From Diplonema japonicum (lineage: Eukaryota; Protista; Euglenozoa: Diplonemea), in the NCBI GenBank assembly GCA_964019335.1, contig OZ025751.1, positions 124,001 through 188,000 of the forward strand: a stretch of 64,000 bases of DNA. Reading direction: 5' to 3'. Shown piece by piece: positions 12,067 through 24,535 of the stretch; the stretch's first letter is position 1, and every line of letters begins with the position of its first letter. Both the position numbers and the translations under genes were made by a program. The notes under the pieces are model-generated. The model was not told the DNA's origin. It did no database searches and saw nothing but the letters and a program-made list of their open reading frames with translations.

Positions 12067-12812
12067 CTACTTGGAGGTGTTTGTCCAGTTGGTTCTGGTA
12101 GCAATGGTGGCGGAGATAAGGGCGAGGGTACCGGTGGTGCGGGAAGTCGGTTGGAAAGAAGGGATGTATCCGACGGTGGCAAGGGCGCACAAGAGATCAC
12201 AGAAATCCGCAACAAGTTTCAAAATCTTCGCCTTGCCATCTTTGTCAGTAAAGGTACCTGCCTTACCTGCGTGGATCAGGATCTCGAAGGCTTGAAGGTA
12301 GCACGCCGCAACATATCCCCAGAACTGGAAAACCTTGCTGCGCATAGCCATAGTCTTGTGATCCAAAGTCAATAACCCGTACTTGCCCAGCCACTGCAAG
12401 TTGTCACCTACAATGTACCCCATATCAGCAAGGATTCTGAAGACCTTAATGTAGCCTTTGTTCACATTTGCGACTGGTTTAAAAAAAAAGTTTTTTTTAT
12501 AAAAAAAAAAAAAAAAAATACCTTTGCCTTGGTTGATGCTGTCCACCTCTTTAACCACTTCGTTGTGCTTTTGAATCCATTTGCACATTCTCATCAACTT
12601 GAGATTTTTTTTTTTTATATATAAAAAATTAGAAATTTTCATACAGATCTGCAATCTCCGATGCTCTTCGCAATCGCGTTCAGCTTCTTCACTGTCTCTT
12701 TGTCGGCAGAGTTGTACGCGGCAATTTTGCACGCCCCTGCAGCCTGTTTGTACAGCTTATCCCTTCCATCTGTTGTTTTCAGGAGCTTTACAATCCTATC
12801 CTGCGCGCTCAT
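12067..12812 (-). CDS. PEX11: Peroxisomal/glycosomal membrane protein PEX11, 3 exons
   Basis: Spliced N-terminus MSAQDRIVKLLKTTDGRDKLYK...KSIGDCRS|LMRMCKW closely resembles trypanosomatid PEX11; C-terminal DLLCALATVGY...ISATIATRTNW. Introns at 12598-12644 and 12474-12521. Confidence 0.9.
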
Positions 12813-13207
12813 TTTTTTGTGTTGCTTTTTTTTCTTCTTTTTTTTTTAAAAATTGATAAAGCAAAGGTAATAGGAGAGAGGGGGGGGAAGTTTGAAAAAA
12901 AAAAAAAAAAACTCTAATAAAAAAAAAAGAATAATAAGAACGGTTCATATCTCTCTCTCTCTTTCTTTTTAAAAAACCTCTCAAGGAGGAGGGAGTTACA
13001 AAAAAAAAAATCTTCCTGAAAAAACTCAGGTGTGAAATAGCCTTTTTTTTTTTCTTTTTTTCTTCCTCCAAAAGAGATATGAAAGCGCTTTAAAAAAAAT
13101 CTAAAAAAAATAAGAAAGACAACACAGGTCAAAAAAAAAAAAAAAAAAAAAAGCCTTGCAATATAATCTAAAAAAAATAGGTAAAAAAAAAAAAAAATCC
13201 TTGTTAT

Positions 13208-15444
13208 TTAAGGCGCGCAGTCCACCCCACCAGCAACCTTTTCCGCAGCTTCCAGATGCCTTTCGAGCAACAAGGCAAGCTCGGTCTTCAACAGGGGTTT
13301 GTCTACAAGGAACGCGTTCCACACCGAGGGGACACTTCGCACCTTTACAAGATCGGCCACGGTAACCAAATCTGTCCCCTCTATCGAGGCTGTCCACGAT
13401 GCGAGAACAGAAGGGTCCAAATTTAGCGCCAGCAGCGTATCAGAGAGCAGAACACGGCTCATAATAGTATACTGCGCAGGGGAAGGTGACAGCGAAGGCG
13501 AAGGTGAAGAAGGTCCAGGAGATGCCTCCTCAGGAGAGTTGGGCACTAACGAATCAGGTGCCACCCACTCACCCAGACTGTGGAATAAACCCAAAACCTG
13601 TTCACGACGGTTCGACAAATCCTTGTTCAGCTCTTCAAGGCGGACCTTAACCCTCTCCAATTGTGCAATCCCCTCGTCTCTATCTGCTTCGTCATACCTA
13701 TCCTCAGCATCTTTAATGAGTTTTCTCAAGAGGATTTCCCTTCGTTCCATGGCAGAGATGCTCCGGGAGATTAAGCTGCACCAGTTATCTGTGTCTGATT
13801 GGTAACGGGTCCACACTTTTTCGATTGTGTGTTTCAGGGATGCTCGGCGCTTTTTCTCAGTTTCACTGACGCCCTTTTCCCAGCCTTTTGTGATCTCCCA
13901 AAGGATTTCCTGTACCCTTTCGGATGCCTTTACCAACCCGGCCATTTCTGTGAGGAATTCTATCTTGCCTTCGCTCACTCGTAGTTCCTGTTTGAATTTC
14001 TGGAGTTTTTCCCGTTCTTCCGAGATTTCCAAGGCGTGTTGGCCGATCGCGGTGACGCGGTTTTTCACGATTTTTGTCCGGTTTTCCGCGAGAGCTGCGA
14101 GGGTTTCGTGCAACGCTTCGATTTGCTGAGTTGCTTGCAGCATTTTTTGGGAGTTTTCGGTTAGTTCCTGCTGGGTTTTCGTTGTTTCTTGCCGGTTTCG
14201 AGCGTCCTTGTTGCGGAGGAAGCCTTCGGACGCCATTACCTCAGCACGGTTTTTTATGAGGTTCTGGCTAGCGGACGCCATCACAGTCTCGTAGGCCGAT
14301 ATCGTCAGTTCAAGATTTTCACCCGCTTCGCCCACTTCGTCCACTGTCGTTTGGGTGTCCTTTTCGTTGAAAAAAACAGATTTTTCGAGCCATTCCGCGG
14401 TTTTCTCCAAGGCCTGCACCTTGAGCTTTGCTGACGCGTCCAGCCTGCCGCCTGCTTTTTCTTTTTCCTGTTCGACCTTTAACGACGCGAGCTCTTCGGT
14501 CAGATTTAAGTCGAATTTTTCTTCCTGCGGGTGGGTTTCCAACCATTCCCTGTGGACCGCTTTCCCCGCTACCCCAACGGCAGTGTGGACCCTTTCTAAG
14601 ACATCGTTTAAAACATTGTGCTGATAAGGGTATGACGTGAGTTTTTCGGCCATTCGGAGGACTTCTTCGATTTTGGGGCCCAGCCCGTTAATCTGCATGG
14701 ATTTCAGCTTCGAGAATTCCTCGCAGTGAGGGACAGGGGTCTTGGCTGATGTGGGGCGTTGTGGAGGGTTGTTGTTGTTGTTGTTGTCTTCCCCGAAGCT
14801 GAGACCGGTTTCGAGTTCTAAGAGAAGCATTTCGGTGAGACGAGACGACATTTGCGTGGCTTTATGAGCAGAGATTGCTGCCACACTGTGGGCAGCATGC
14901 CAGCGTTCCATCGCCTCGGAGATGTTGATGGAAGTGGACACAGCAGCGTCGCCTGAGAATTGATCCGTGCAAACCCTGTCATCTGTTTTGGTTAACCGGC
15001 AGGTTTTTTCAGGTGTTGTTGTGAGTGTAAAACACCTGGATAACATTGATTTGAATGAAGCAACATCGTCCTCTTTTCCTAAGCACCCGTTTGAGACTAG
15101 CTTTATCAGTTCTTGTTGGATATTTCGTATGTTTTTGTGTGGTGTTGCGGTTGCAGCCACCAGTTCCTCGGGGTACATGGGTTCTTGTTTTTTTGTGTGA
15201 GCTATCTTCTCAGGTGTCCGCAGCGGTGGGGGGATCGTTTGCGGTGTCTGTGAGGTTGTTCCGTCAAGATCTAGCATCCTTGCAACCCCGACGCCCAGCC
15301 CCGCGGCCTCGTACACCTCCCGCATGCTTCCCACCTTCTCGTCCCATACTTTCCTCGCGCTGACCTCTTTCCTCCTCTCTTTCCGAGCGGTTCGCTTCTC
15401 CTCCGCTTTGAGGAGGTTCACGAGAAGCCTTTCCTCCTCATCCA

Positions 15445-15445
<1 letters not shown>
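13208..15445 (-). CDS. Coiled-coil protein with a divergent paraflagellar-rod (PFR) domain
   Basis: 745-aa ORF. QQELTENSQKMLQATQQIEALHETLAALAENRTKIVKNRV and SAMERREILLRKLIKDAEDRYD resemble PFR1/2 segments in spacing and residue pattern. Confidence 0.6.
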
Positions 15446-15482
<37 letters not shown>

Positions 15483-15625
15483 TGTATTCCCTCCCCCCCC
15501 TTTTTTTTTCAAATATTATGAAGAGAGAGTATATTAAAAAAAAAAATTTTTTTTTTCAAAATATATAATTCTAAGGAGGATGGGGGAGGAGGTGGGGTTT
15601 AATACAAAAAAAAAAAAATTCCCCT

Positions 15626-17497
15626 TCAAGGTGTCTTCAAAGTTGTTGTGTTCTTGTTTCTCCTAGTATACGGAACGGTGAGGGAGTTGTTGGTGATCGT
15701 GCCGTGGGACATGGAGAGCGATTCGGTAGCGGGGATCGAGTTTCTGTGTCGTTGGAGCAAGGCTGGGGGAGGCTGACGCATAGTAGCGGTATGGGGAGAA
15801 GGACCAGCAGGAGCGGTTTGCTTGAAGCTAGCGTAGAAGTCGATCCACTTCGGGGTTGGGTCATCAAGATAATCCTTGGGCCTCTGCACACATCGAAACT
15901 TCCCCCCGGCTTCCTCAATAAGCTTCAAAAGTATTAGCTTCTGCACCGCGTCGTCTACTTCAAAGTCCAGTTCTAACCGAAACTGGTCGTTCAAAAATGT
16001 CTCAACCTCGTAGTCTAGCTGCCTCTGCGTCAACGGGCTTTTCTTCCAGAGGAAGAAATATCCAAGCAACACTTCCTTCATTTCTTGTTCCTGAACTTGG
16101 TTTGCCAAGCTGGCCACGAATGTGGTGTCCTTTCCGACAAGACGCTGGTCAGCCCAGTCATCAAGGATTGATTTAAGGTCACGTTGCATTTCTGTTAAAG
16201 ACGACAGAACGTTCACCGTTTGTGTCAGTGACAACACGAAAAAAATTAGAATCATCGCGTTGATCGATACGGCACCGGATGATTCTAAATTAGCAAAGCA
16301 AATGCATACTAGTATGATAGATAGGATGAGCTCGGTGGTGAAACGCATTTTGTGTTGGAGGCCCAAACGGACTTTCCTCCCGGGCATGATTACGCCGAGG
16401 TCTTTGAACGGCACGTTTGAATACGATTCTATCTTGATTGTTGCGGACATTTGAGTTTCATGGGTGTTCGCTTGTGGTTGTTCGGGTTCGAGTTTGGCGG
16501 GTTTTTTCTTTGCTCCGGAAGCTTGGAAGGGTTTTTTCCGGCTGGGGGGTTTCATTTTTTTAGCACCGACCATGGCAACGCATACAGCAGATCGGCCTAT
16601 AACCCTGTGATGTTCGGTTGTAGATGCCGTGCTTCTTTCTTCATGGTGACGGTTGTTTCTCATGATATTATCACCGCTGAGTTTAACAGGTGAAGACGGG
16701 GTTTCAGAAGGCGCCGGGTACACTATTATCACATTGTCGTAAGCTGGTTCCGATAAACAAATTTTTCGAAACAACGATTTCAACACTCCGTTTTTCTTCA
16801 TGTGGGATTCTACCGTAACACGGTCTAGTTTTTTCGCCCCGAAGCGGGAACCTCCTGAACCATCATCGCCCATTTGCATGGTGTCCTCGAATTTCGCGTC
16901 TTTCGCGAAAAGCGGGATGTGAAGAAGCCGGCCCAACGCACCGATTGCGGTGATCCAAAATTCCACTAGATATTTGAGCTTTGCTTGAATATGATAACCT
17001 GTACTTTTTATGATGGATGTTCCCCTATAATATACGAGAACGCGTGAGGAGTATTCCGGAGGGCGTGCTCCGAGTTCAGATTCGACGCCTGTTCCAAACC
17101 AAAAAATATTGTTTTCAAAGTACGAGGAGAATATTGGTTCAAGTCTGGAGAGATCGACGTCGATTCTGTGTCCCGACGAAAAATTTTGAGAGCAGACCCC
17201 AAACTTATAGTATTGTTCGGTAATGGGGGAATATTGCGCTGCGCTGACTAGGCTCAACAATTTTTCAAGGTAGTGGTGCTGCAGCTCCGTGGACTGTTCG
17301 CGACTCTCCTCCCATGCTAGTCTTCGCATCCCCTCCAACACCCCACCATAACTGCAATTCACGACAAAAGACATCGCTTCGCAAAACGACAGCCAATCCT
17401 CCACTTCATGCCTCGGCAACACATTACTCAGAGACTCTATCAAGCTGTATCTTGATATCGATAAGTGCGACGAAGGCTGGAACCGGATTGAGGTCAT
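15626..17497 (-). CDS. TMEM143 / DUF3754-family membrane protein
   Basis: YSNVPFKDLGVIMPG, two TM helices, QEQEMKEVLLGYFFL, LDYEVETFL...LDFEVDDAVQKL. Start placed at MTSIRF after the A-tract. Confidence 0.8.
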   Translation of the reverse strand: MTSIRFQPSSHLSISRYSLIESLSNVLPRHEVEDWLSFCEAMSFVVNCSYGGVLEGMRRLAWEESREQSTELQHHYLEKLLSLVSAAQYSPITEQYYKFGVCSQNFSSGHRIDVDLSRLEPIFSSYFENNIFWFGTGVESELGARPPEYSSRVLVYYRGTSIIKSTGYHIQAKLKYLVEFWITAIGALGRLLHIPLFAKDAKFEDTMQMGDDGSGGSRFGAKKLDRVTVESHMKKNGVLKSLFRKICLSEPAYDNVIIVYPAPSETPSSPVKLSGDNIMRNNRHHEERSTASTTEHHRVIGRSAVCVAMVGAKKMKPPSRKKPFQASGAKKKPAKLEPEQPQANTHETQMSATIKIESYSNVPFKDLGVIMPGRKVRLGLQHKMRFTTELILSIILVCICFANLESSGAVSINAMILIFFVLSLTQTVNVLSSLTEMQRDLKSILDDWADQRLVGKDTTFVASLANQVQEQEMKEVLLGYFFLWKKSPLTQRQLDYEVETFLNDQFRLELDFEVDDAVQKLILLKLIEEAGGKFRCVQRPKDYLDDPTPKWIDFYASFKQTAPAGPSPHTATMRQPPPALLQRHRNSIPATESLSMSHGTITNNSLTVPYTRRNKNTTTLKTP

Positions 17498-18001
17498 TTT
17501 TCTTTTTTTTTTTTGCCCCCTCCATTTTTTTTTTTCCAAAAATTTCTTTAAAAAAAAAAAAAAAACTATAAAAATTCTGTCTGGGAGGGGGGGGGGGGAA
17601 GAAGGGAGAGGAAAAAAAAAATATGAGTAAAGAGGGTGAGTCTTTGCCAGACGCCCTCGCTGTTTTCTCGTGTACTGCGCTTTTTTTTTTTTCTTTTTTT
17701 GAAAAAAGAAAGATTTTTTTTTTTTGGAGTCCGCTTCTTTTTTTTTTTTTTTTCCATATCGCTTCGATGGCCGGAGGAAGGGGTCCTTGACAAAAAAAAA
17801 AACAAAATTTTCCTTTCAATTTTTTTTTTGGGCCCTGCGTCAGAGGGCTTGCTCAAGGGCGTGTCCTCCTTCAGGACAAAAAAAAAAAAAAAAAAAAAAA
17901 AAAAAGAAACGCATCCTGCTGGGGGAAAGAAGGAGAGGGGGGACAAAAAAAGGCCGAGATTCTCTCCCTGGAAAGGGAGGCTTTTTTTTTTTTTTTTCCC
18001 T

Positions 18002-18319
18002 TCAATCCCTTGCAGGCGTCCTCCTCAATGCGGGCAAACTGGGTAAAAACAGTTTGGAGGGGCACTCTGAGGCGCGGGTGCGGCTTGCAGATTTCTGGCG
18101 CTTCTTCTTCTTCTTTCCTGAGCTGCGCAAGACTGAAGGATTGGGATTGCTTATTTGCTGTTGAGATGAAACCACTGCTGACACAACACCGCAGCTGACA
18201 GGGGGAAACATCTGCACAGAGGAACGATCAGGCCGTTGCTTCGTGTCTAGAAAATCTTCCACAACCGCGTAGCTTTCCTCGCTCGGGTATGCAGGAGGTA
18301 ACTCCCCTTGTTTCCGCAT
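18002..18319 (-). CDS. Small hypothetical protein (~105 aa; further 3' exons possible)
   Basis: Normal-complexity ORF MRKQGELPPAYPSEES... after an A-tract; no domain recognised. Confidence 0.45.
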   Translation of the reverse strand: MRKQGELPPAYPSEESYAVVEDFLDTKQRPDRSSVQMFPPVSCGVVSAVVSSQQQISNPNPSVLRSSGKKKKKRQKSASRTRASECPSKLFLPSLPALRRTPARD

Positions 18320-18532
18320 TTTTTTTCTCTCCTCTATCTCCCCACCCCTCCCCCCCCCCCCCCCCACTCCCCTCCTACCTATGTGGGTTAAGCAAGAAAA
18401 AAAAATGATAAGAGTATAAAAAAAAAAAAAAAAGTAACTCAAAGAAGATTTTATTTTTATTTTTTTTTGAATTTTTTTCACTTCTTTTCTTCTTTTTTTT
18501 TAAAAAACAAAGCTTCTAAAACAGAAAAAAAA

Positions 18533-18576
18533 GGTGCCTTTGAAGGGAACCTGCAGTATGTGACAGGATCGCCTAA
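18533..18576. repeat. Dispersed 44-bp motif (family C)
   Basis: ggtgcctttgaagggaacctgcagtatgtgacaggatcgcctaa; near-identical at 27395-27439, related at 56011-56046 and diverged at 25582-25650. Confidence 0.7.
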
Positions 18577-19004
18577 TAAAAAAAAAAGAAAATCACTTTG
18601 ATTAAGTCGTGTGGGGGGGGGGGGGGGGGGGGAACCTGTTCAAGTTATGTAACTCGGAAGACGAAGGTTCCCCTTAACGACTCACCGAGGGGGAGGAAAA
18701 GAAAAACACAGGAGCATCTTGCTAATAATTTAACTGATCTGGCTTAGGGGGAAGGGGGGGAGCTGTACCTTGTTCTTTTATTTTCTTTTTCTGTTGTAAA
18801 AAAAGAAAAACCAAAGGAGGGGGATTTTCTTTTTTTTTATTCTGTTTTCTCTTTTTCTTCCTCCCCCCCTTCCGTATCAAAAGGAAAAATTACGTAAAAA
18901 AATAAAAAAAGGTTAGTTAAACTAGATTTGTATCTAAATAAATAAATAAAAAAGTTGGAACACTGTTTGGGGGGAAAAAGGGGGGGGGGGTATGGTTTCC
19001 CTCC

Positions 19005-19181
19005 CTAGTCACTGCCCCAGTTGTCTTCCCAAGGATTTTTTCCATCCCCTTGTTGGGCACCACCTGCAGGGGGCATCAGGGGATTTTCCTCATCGTTTCC
19101 CCAACCATCGCCTTCATCACCCCAAACTCCTGCTTCTACGGGAGCTTCGGTCTGAGGAGCAGTGTGCATTTTTGCGCCCTA

Positions 19182-19214
<33 letters not shown>

Positions 19215-22200
19215 CCCCTCAAAAAAAAAAAAAAAAAAATACCAAGCTTTTCTTCGCCGGTTTTACTTTCTTAGAAACTTCCATTTTCAAGGGTTTGCTG
19301 TTGCTTCTCTTCGCTCCAGATGGGGGAGAGACGTCCTCCCCGACAGTGATCTTCACTGGGATGTGATCGTCTTGTTGTTCCGCCTTGCTGCTTGGTTCAT
19401 CAGTAGCGGACTTTGCGTAGTGGTAGAAACTAACAGCGTTTACAAATACGGCAACGAAAACCTTATCAGCAACGGTCCATATGTACGAACAGCCCAAGCA
19501 GAGAGTGTACCAAATCTTCATTGGAGGAGTCAGGGAACTTGAGCCCTGGTTTTTTTTTTTTTTTTTTTTTTTCCCCTTCAAATACCTGTCCGCAACTCGC
19601 TACCTGACCGAAAGTAATTCCCACCACAGCCCCCATTTTCCCGAACGCGTACAAAAGCAACACCAGCACAATGAGCTTCAGCATTCCGGAGTCAAAGATG
19701 GTCGTCGGCTGCTCCACATAATCGTCTAGACTCCGCTGTTGTTGGCATTGAGATTTTTTTTTTTTTTTTAATAGAAGAAAGAAAAACAAACCAATGGTAC
19801 TGGAGCCGTCGTTGGTTCAGGTGTTGCGGGTTTTTCAGGTTTATCGGTGTCAGCTTCGGTGTTTGTTTCATGGTTCTTCTCGGGGTCCGTCGCTAGGTTC
19901 TTATCAGTGTCGGTTGCTTCTTTGTTGGGGTCAACGTTAGCGGGTTTATCAGCATCTTTGGGTTTAGGCCTCAGATCGCCCCCTGTTTCGGGGTCGACCC
20001 CGTTGGCTAGCATCTTTTCTGGGTCAGCCTTGTTATCGGTTTCACCCATGTTGCCAATCTCACCCTTGTTGTCGATCTCACCCTTGTTGTCGGTCTCACC
20101 CATGCCGGTCTCGCCCATGTTGTCGATCTCACCCTTGTTGCCGGTCTCACCCTTGTTGTCGGTCTCACCCATGCCGGTCTCGCCCATGTTGTCGATCTCA
20201 CCCTTGTTGCCGGTCTCACCCTTGTTGTCGGTCTCACCCATGCCGGTCTCGCCCATGTTGTCGGTCTCACCCATGTTGCCGGTCTCACCCTTGTTGTCGG
20301 TCTCACCCATGCCGGTCTCGCCCATGTTGTCGGTCTCACCCATGTTGCCGGTCTCACCCTTGTTGTCGGTCTCACCCATGTTGCCAATCTCACCCTTGTT
20401 GTCAGGATCAACTCCGGTCATAGGTCTGGCTTCTTCATTTGGATTAACGGCACCTCCCATCATGGGTTTAGGATCAGCGTGCTCACCCATCTCATCAGGG
20501 TCGCCCTCATTAGGATCAACTCCGATCATAGATTTGGCATTCTCACCGACATCCACCCCCATGTTGACAGGGTCGGTGACGTCGTTGGGATCGACGTCCA
20601 TGTGTTTGACACCTCCAGCCATGTTCTCAGGGTCTGTGCCTTCGTTGGGGTCTGTCACTGCCTCGCGCTTTTTGTCAGCGTCAAGGGTCCTGACGTCCCT
20701 TTCGTCGGGTCTTGTCGTGTCGTCCCTTTCATCGGGTCTTGTCCTGTCATCCCTTTCATCGGGTCTTGTCCTGTCATCCTTTTCAAGTCTTGTGTTCTGC
20801 AATTCTCTGTTTTTCTCCCGCGACAGCCTCAAACTCATTTCGAGGTACTCGTCGATCTTGCTCTCCGGCCCCAGCACACCCATGTCGAGATTCACACCGA
20901 AGGAGACCCCGTTCAGGCGCACCTGCAGGTCCATATCGTTCCTGCCAGGAATCGCGATGATTTCAGCGACGGCTCCGATCTCTGCCAGCACAATCTGGTT
21001 GGATGAGGAAGATACCAGCTGCTCTGTGATGGTGAAGGAGTTCCCGACCTTCATGTACTTTGGGAGCTCCTTCTCAACAGAGACAACATTGACCTTTTTA
21101 GCCGCGGGTAGGAAGACCCCCATGTCGCGGGTCACACCGAAAGCCATGCCGTTGAAGCGAACCTGGGCCAACGTCTTGCCAGGGCCGGGCACCTTAATCA
21201 CCTCAGCGAGATCCCCTTCCATGGCGATGACCTCGTTGTTCGCGTTGGTGAGCTTCTCGATGATTTTAAAGTTGTTCCCTACCTTAATGTGTTCCTCGTC
21301 TGGGAAGGTGCTTTCAACCTGAATGCCCTTATTCTCTGTTGCGGGTTTGGACATTTCTTCAATTTGCTTCATGTTTTCGCTGTCCGTCGGTTTCTTCTCG
21401 CTCTCAGTTGTCACGGGTTTGGACATTTCCTCGGGCTTCATTTGGTTTTCCAGGTTTTCGGTTTCCAAGGGTTTGGACATTTCCTCGGGTTTCATCTGGG
21501 TTTCCATATTCTCGGTTGTCACGGGTTTGGACATTTCCTCAGGCTTCATCTGGTTTTCCAAGTTCTCAGTTTCCAAGGGTTTGGACATTTCTTCGGGTTT
21601 CATCTGGTTTTCTACATTCTCGGTTGTCACGGGTTTGGACATTTCCTCAGGCTTCATCTCCAAGGGCTTGGACATTTCCTCGGGCTTCATCTGGTTTTCC
21701 AGATTCTCAGTTTCCAAGGGTTTGGACATTCCTTCGGGCTTCATTTGGTTTTCCATATTCTCAGCTGTCACAGGTTTGGACATTTCCTCGGGTTTCATCT
21801 GGTTTTCTACATTCTCGGTTGTCACGGGTTTGGACACTTCCTCGGGCTTCATCTGGTTTTCCAAATTCTCGGTTGTCGCGGGCTTGGACATTTCCTCGAG
21901 TTTCATCTGGTTTTCCACGTTCTCGGTTATCACGGGTTTGGACATTTCCTCAGGCTTCATCTCCAGGGGTTTGGACATTTCTTCGGGTTTCACTTGGTTT
22001 TCCATATTCTCGGTTGTCGCGGGTTTGGACATTTCCTCAGGCTTCATCTCCAAGGGTTTGGACATTTCCTCGGGCTTCATCTGGTTTTCCAGATTCTCGG
22101 TTGTCACAGGTTTGGACATTTCTTCGACCTTCATCTGGTTTTCCAAGTTCTCAGTTGTCGCGGGTTTGGACATTTCCTCGGGTTTCATCTGGTTTTCTAC

Positions 22201-22899
22201 ATTCTCGGTTGTCACGGGTTTGGACATTTCCTCGGGCTTCATCTGGTTTTCCATATTCTCAGTTGTCACGGGTTTGGACATTTCTTCGACCTTCATCTGG
22301 TTTTCCAAGTTCTCAGTTGTCGCGGGTTTGGACATTTCCTCGGGTTTCATCTGGTTTTCTACATTCTCGGTTGTCACGGGTTTGGACATTTCCTCGGGCT
22401 TCATCTGGTTTTCCAGATTCTCAGTTTCCAAGGGTTTGGACATTCCTTCGGGCTTCATTTGGTTTTCCATATTCTCAGTTGTCACAGGTTTGGACATTTC
22501 CTCGGGTTTCATCTGGTTTTCCAAGTTGTCAGCCGCTTTGTTCTTATTCTCGGGATTCTCCTGACTGTCCATAGCTTCACCTTTAGACATTTCCTCGGGC
22601 TTCATCTGATTTTCCTCTTTTGGTTTGCCTTCCTCAGGCTTTCCTTCAGCCTTCATCATGTTGTCCGTCACTTTGGGTACGTCTTCAGGTTTCATCTGGT
22701 TTTCTTTGTCCTCGGACTTGCCTGTTTTTTCTGTTTCCATCGCACCCATTTCGCCGGTGGATTTGATTTCAGACGACTCTGGTTTCTTCATCGGCTCCAT
22801 TGACTCAGACTGGTCGGTTGCCATCGCCTCGTCCGCGCCAGAGGCTAAGGTTGCCCATAAGCACATTACTACCGCATATACTGCCATAAAGCGTGCCAT
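19005..22899 (-). CDS. Large repeat-rich membrane/surface protein, member of an orphan 4-gene family, 4 exons
   Basis: Signal peptide, Met/Glu/Lys-rich repeats, two ~60-aa beta modules ending FGV..DMGV, and a C-terminal TM pair (LLLYAFGKMG...CG..LTPPMKIWYTLCL). GT-AG introns at 19736-19791, 19546-19585 and ~19179-19242. Confidence 0.85.
20030..20410 (-). repeat. Coding tandem repeat, 18/15-nt units (GETDNK/GETGNM/GETGM)
   Basis: Units directly visible in DNA and protein. Confidence 0.9.
21335..22530 (-). repeat. Coding tandem repeat, 54-nt unit (MKPEEMSKPVTTENLENQ) with 33-nt variants, ~20 copies
   Basis: Units directly visible; they explain the long antisense ORFs here. Confidence 0.92.
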
Positions 22900-23012
22900 C
22901 TGTTCTTCTTTTTTTTTTTCTTTTTTCTTTTTTTTTAACTATCCCCCTTCGGACGCCTCCCCCACCCCTCCCCGCCTTTCTTGGTTTTTTTTTTTTTTTT
23001 TTTTTTTTCATC

Positions 23013-23615
23013 TCACTCTTCAGAAATTACTTCACGCACTAGGGGGGCCCATTACTTCACGCTAAATCTCATTACTTCACGGTGAAATAATGGCCTGTTT
23101 TCCGTGAAGTAATAGGGGGTTCCCGTTAAATAATATGCCTCGGTAGGCCAATTTTTGCCTCGGTTCGGTTCCCAGTGGGGCTACTTTTTCCTCTCAGTTT
23201 GCTATTTCCCCCCAGGTTCAGCTCAATTGGCCAACTTTTGCCTCGGCTCAGTTCCAAGTTGGACTACTTTTTCCTCCCAATTTGCGCCACTTTTGGCTAG
23301 GCCTTGTTCCCAGTTTCTGGGGGTAACTCTTCTGTGGGTAAGGGTAACTTAGTCAGCTTACCCAAGCTCCCCAAAAGACTTCAAAATACCGAAGCAGCAA
23401 AAGGAGCCAGCGGCCGCGCCAGGTATGGGAAGGCCTGATTAGAGATGGTGACAGTGGCAATGCCAGCGACAGCGGCAGCTCTTAGTCAACAAAAGGAGGG
23501 AAAACAACTTGTATTGTAACCTTTGTAACCCCTCTCTTGTTGTACCCCTTGTCACCCTGTTGTGCCCCTCGTGGTGAAGTAATTTCAGAGTGTCGTGAAA
23601 TAAAACCACTTACCT
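23013..23615 (+). mobile_element. Non-autonomous element family B, copy 1 (lacks terminal hairpin)
   Basis: Near-identical over ~600 bp to 47803-48405; inverted ends cactc..gaaattacttcac / gtgaagtaatttcagagtg. Confidence 0.85.
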
Positions 23616-24535
23616 TTTTCCCCAACGTTGGAGAGGGTGCAAAAAAAAAAAAAAATAATAATAATAAATAATAAAAACAAGAATCCCCACTGTTCTCCTC
23701 CCCTTTTCTTTGATACAATGACTCGTTGAAAAAAAAAAAGAATTGCTTTTTCCTTTGTTTTTTTTTTCTTATGAAGGTGGGGGGGTTTTTTTTTTAGCTG
23801 AAGAAAAAAACCCCCCCCTTTTCCTTTTCCTTGTCAATAAGGGGGAAAAAGAAAAGGAATGTGCAAAAAAAAAAAGAAAAGAAAAGGAGAGTCATGTACC
23901 AAAAAAAAGAGGGGGGGGAAAGAGGGTGGAATTGGGAAGGTATAAAAAAGAGATAGAAAAAAATTAAAAAAAGGTAGCAAGATATTGGGGAAAAAAAAAA
24001 GAAAAGCAAAGGTTAGAAAGGGTTATAAAAAGTTAATAAAAAAGGGGGGGACTTCACCTCAACAAATAATGTTTTTTTTTTCTTAATTTGTCCGTAAGTA
24101 AGTTGTTCTTTCTTTTTTTTTTCTTCTTAAAAACCAACCAACCCCTCCCTTTCGTCATTTTTGGATCCCAGATATAACTGAACACTGACGAAAAGGAGGG
24201 CGGGCGGGGTGTTAAAAATTTTCATTTTTCGTTTCAAAAAAAAAGAAAAAAAAAAGATTTCGATCTTTTACGTCAAGGTGACACAAGTTTAAACAGCTCA
24301 CATGGGAGGGGGTGTTACTGTTTAACAACACAATTTGAGTGAACTTCTGACCAGTGCAGCGCCACCTCTTTTCGCACGAGCGGTATTTTACCTCATTACA
24401 CTGCCATCAACTAGTTTTTTTTATAGTCTCGACAGTAACATTGTTAAAAAAAATCGAAGTTGGGGGGGGGGGGGGGGGGGGCACAGCTAGCTGGCAAAGA
24501 ATAGACAGCGTTCTTCAAGAAAAAAAAATTTTTTT

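Noticed and set aside
18533-18576. Motif C as a spliced-leader exon or Pr77/ingi signature
   Set aside because: It does not resemble euglenozoan SL sequences (..TTTCTGTACTTTATTG) or the 77-nt L1Tc/ingi signature as I know them.
21335-22530. Regular repeat array resembling CRISPR
   Set aside because: There are no unique spacers, the units are in-frame coding repeats, the context is eukaryotic and no cas genes are present.
19847-22803. Long plus-strand ORFs (491, 504, 413 and 411 aa)
   Set aside because: They are antisense shadows of stop-poor coding tandem repeats in the minus-strand gene.
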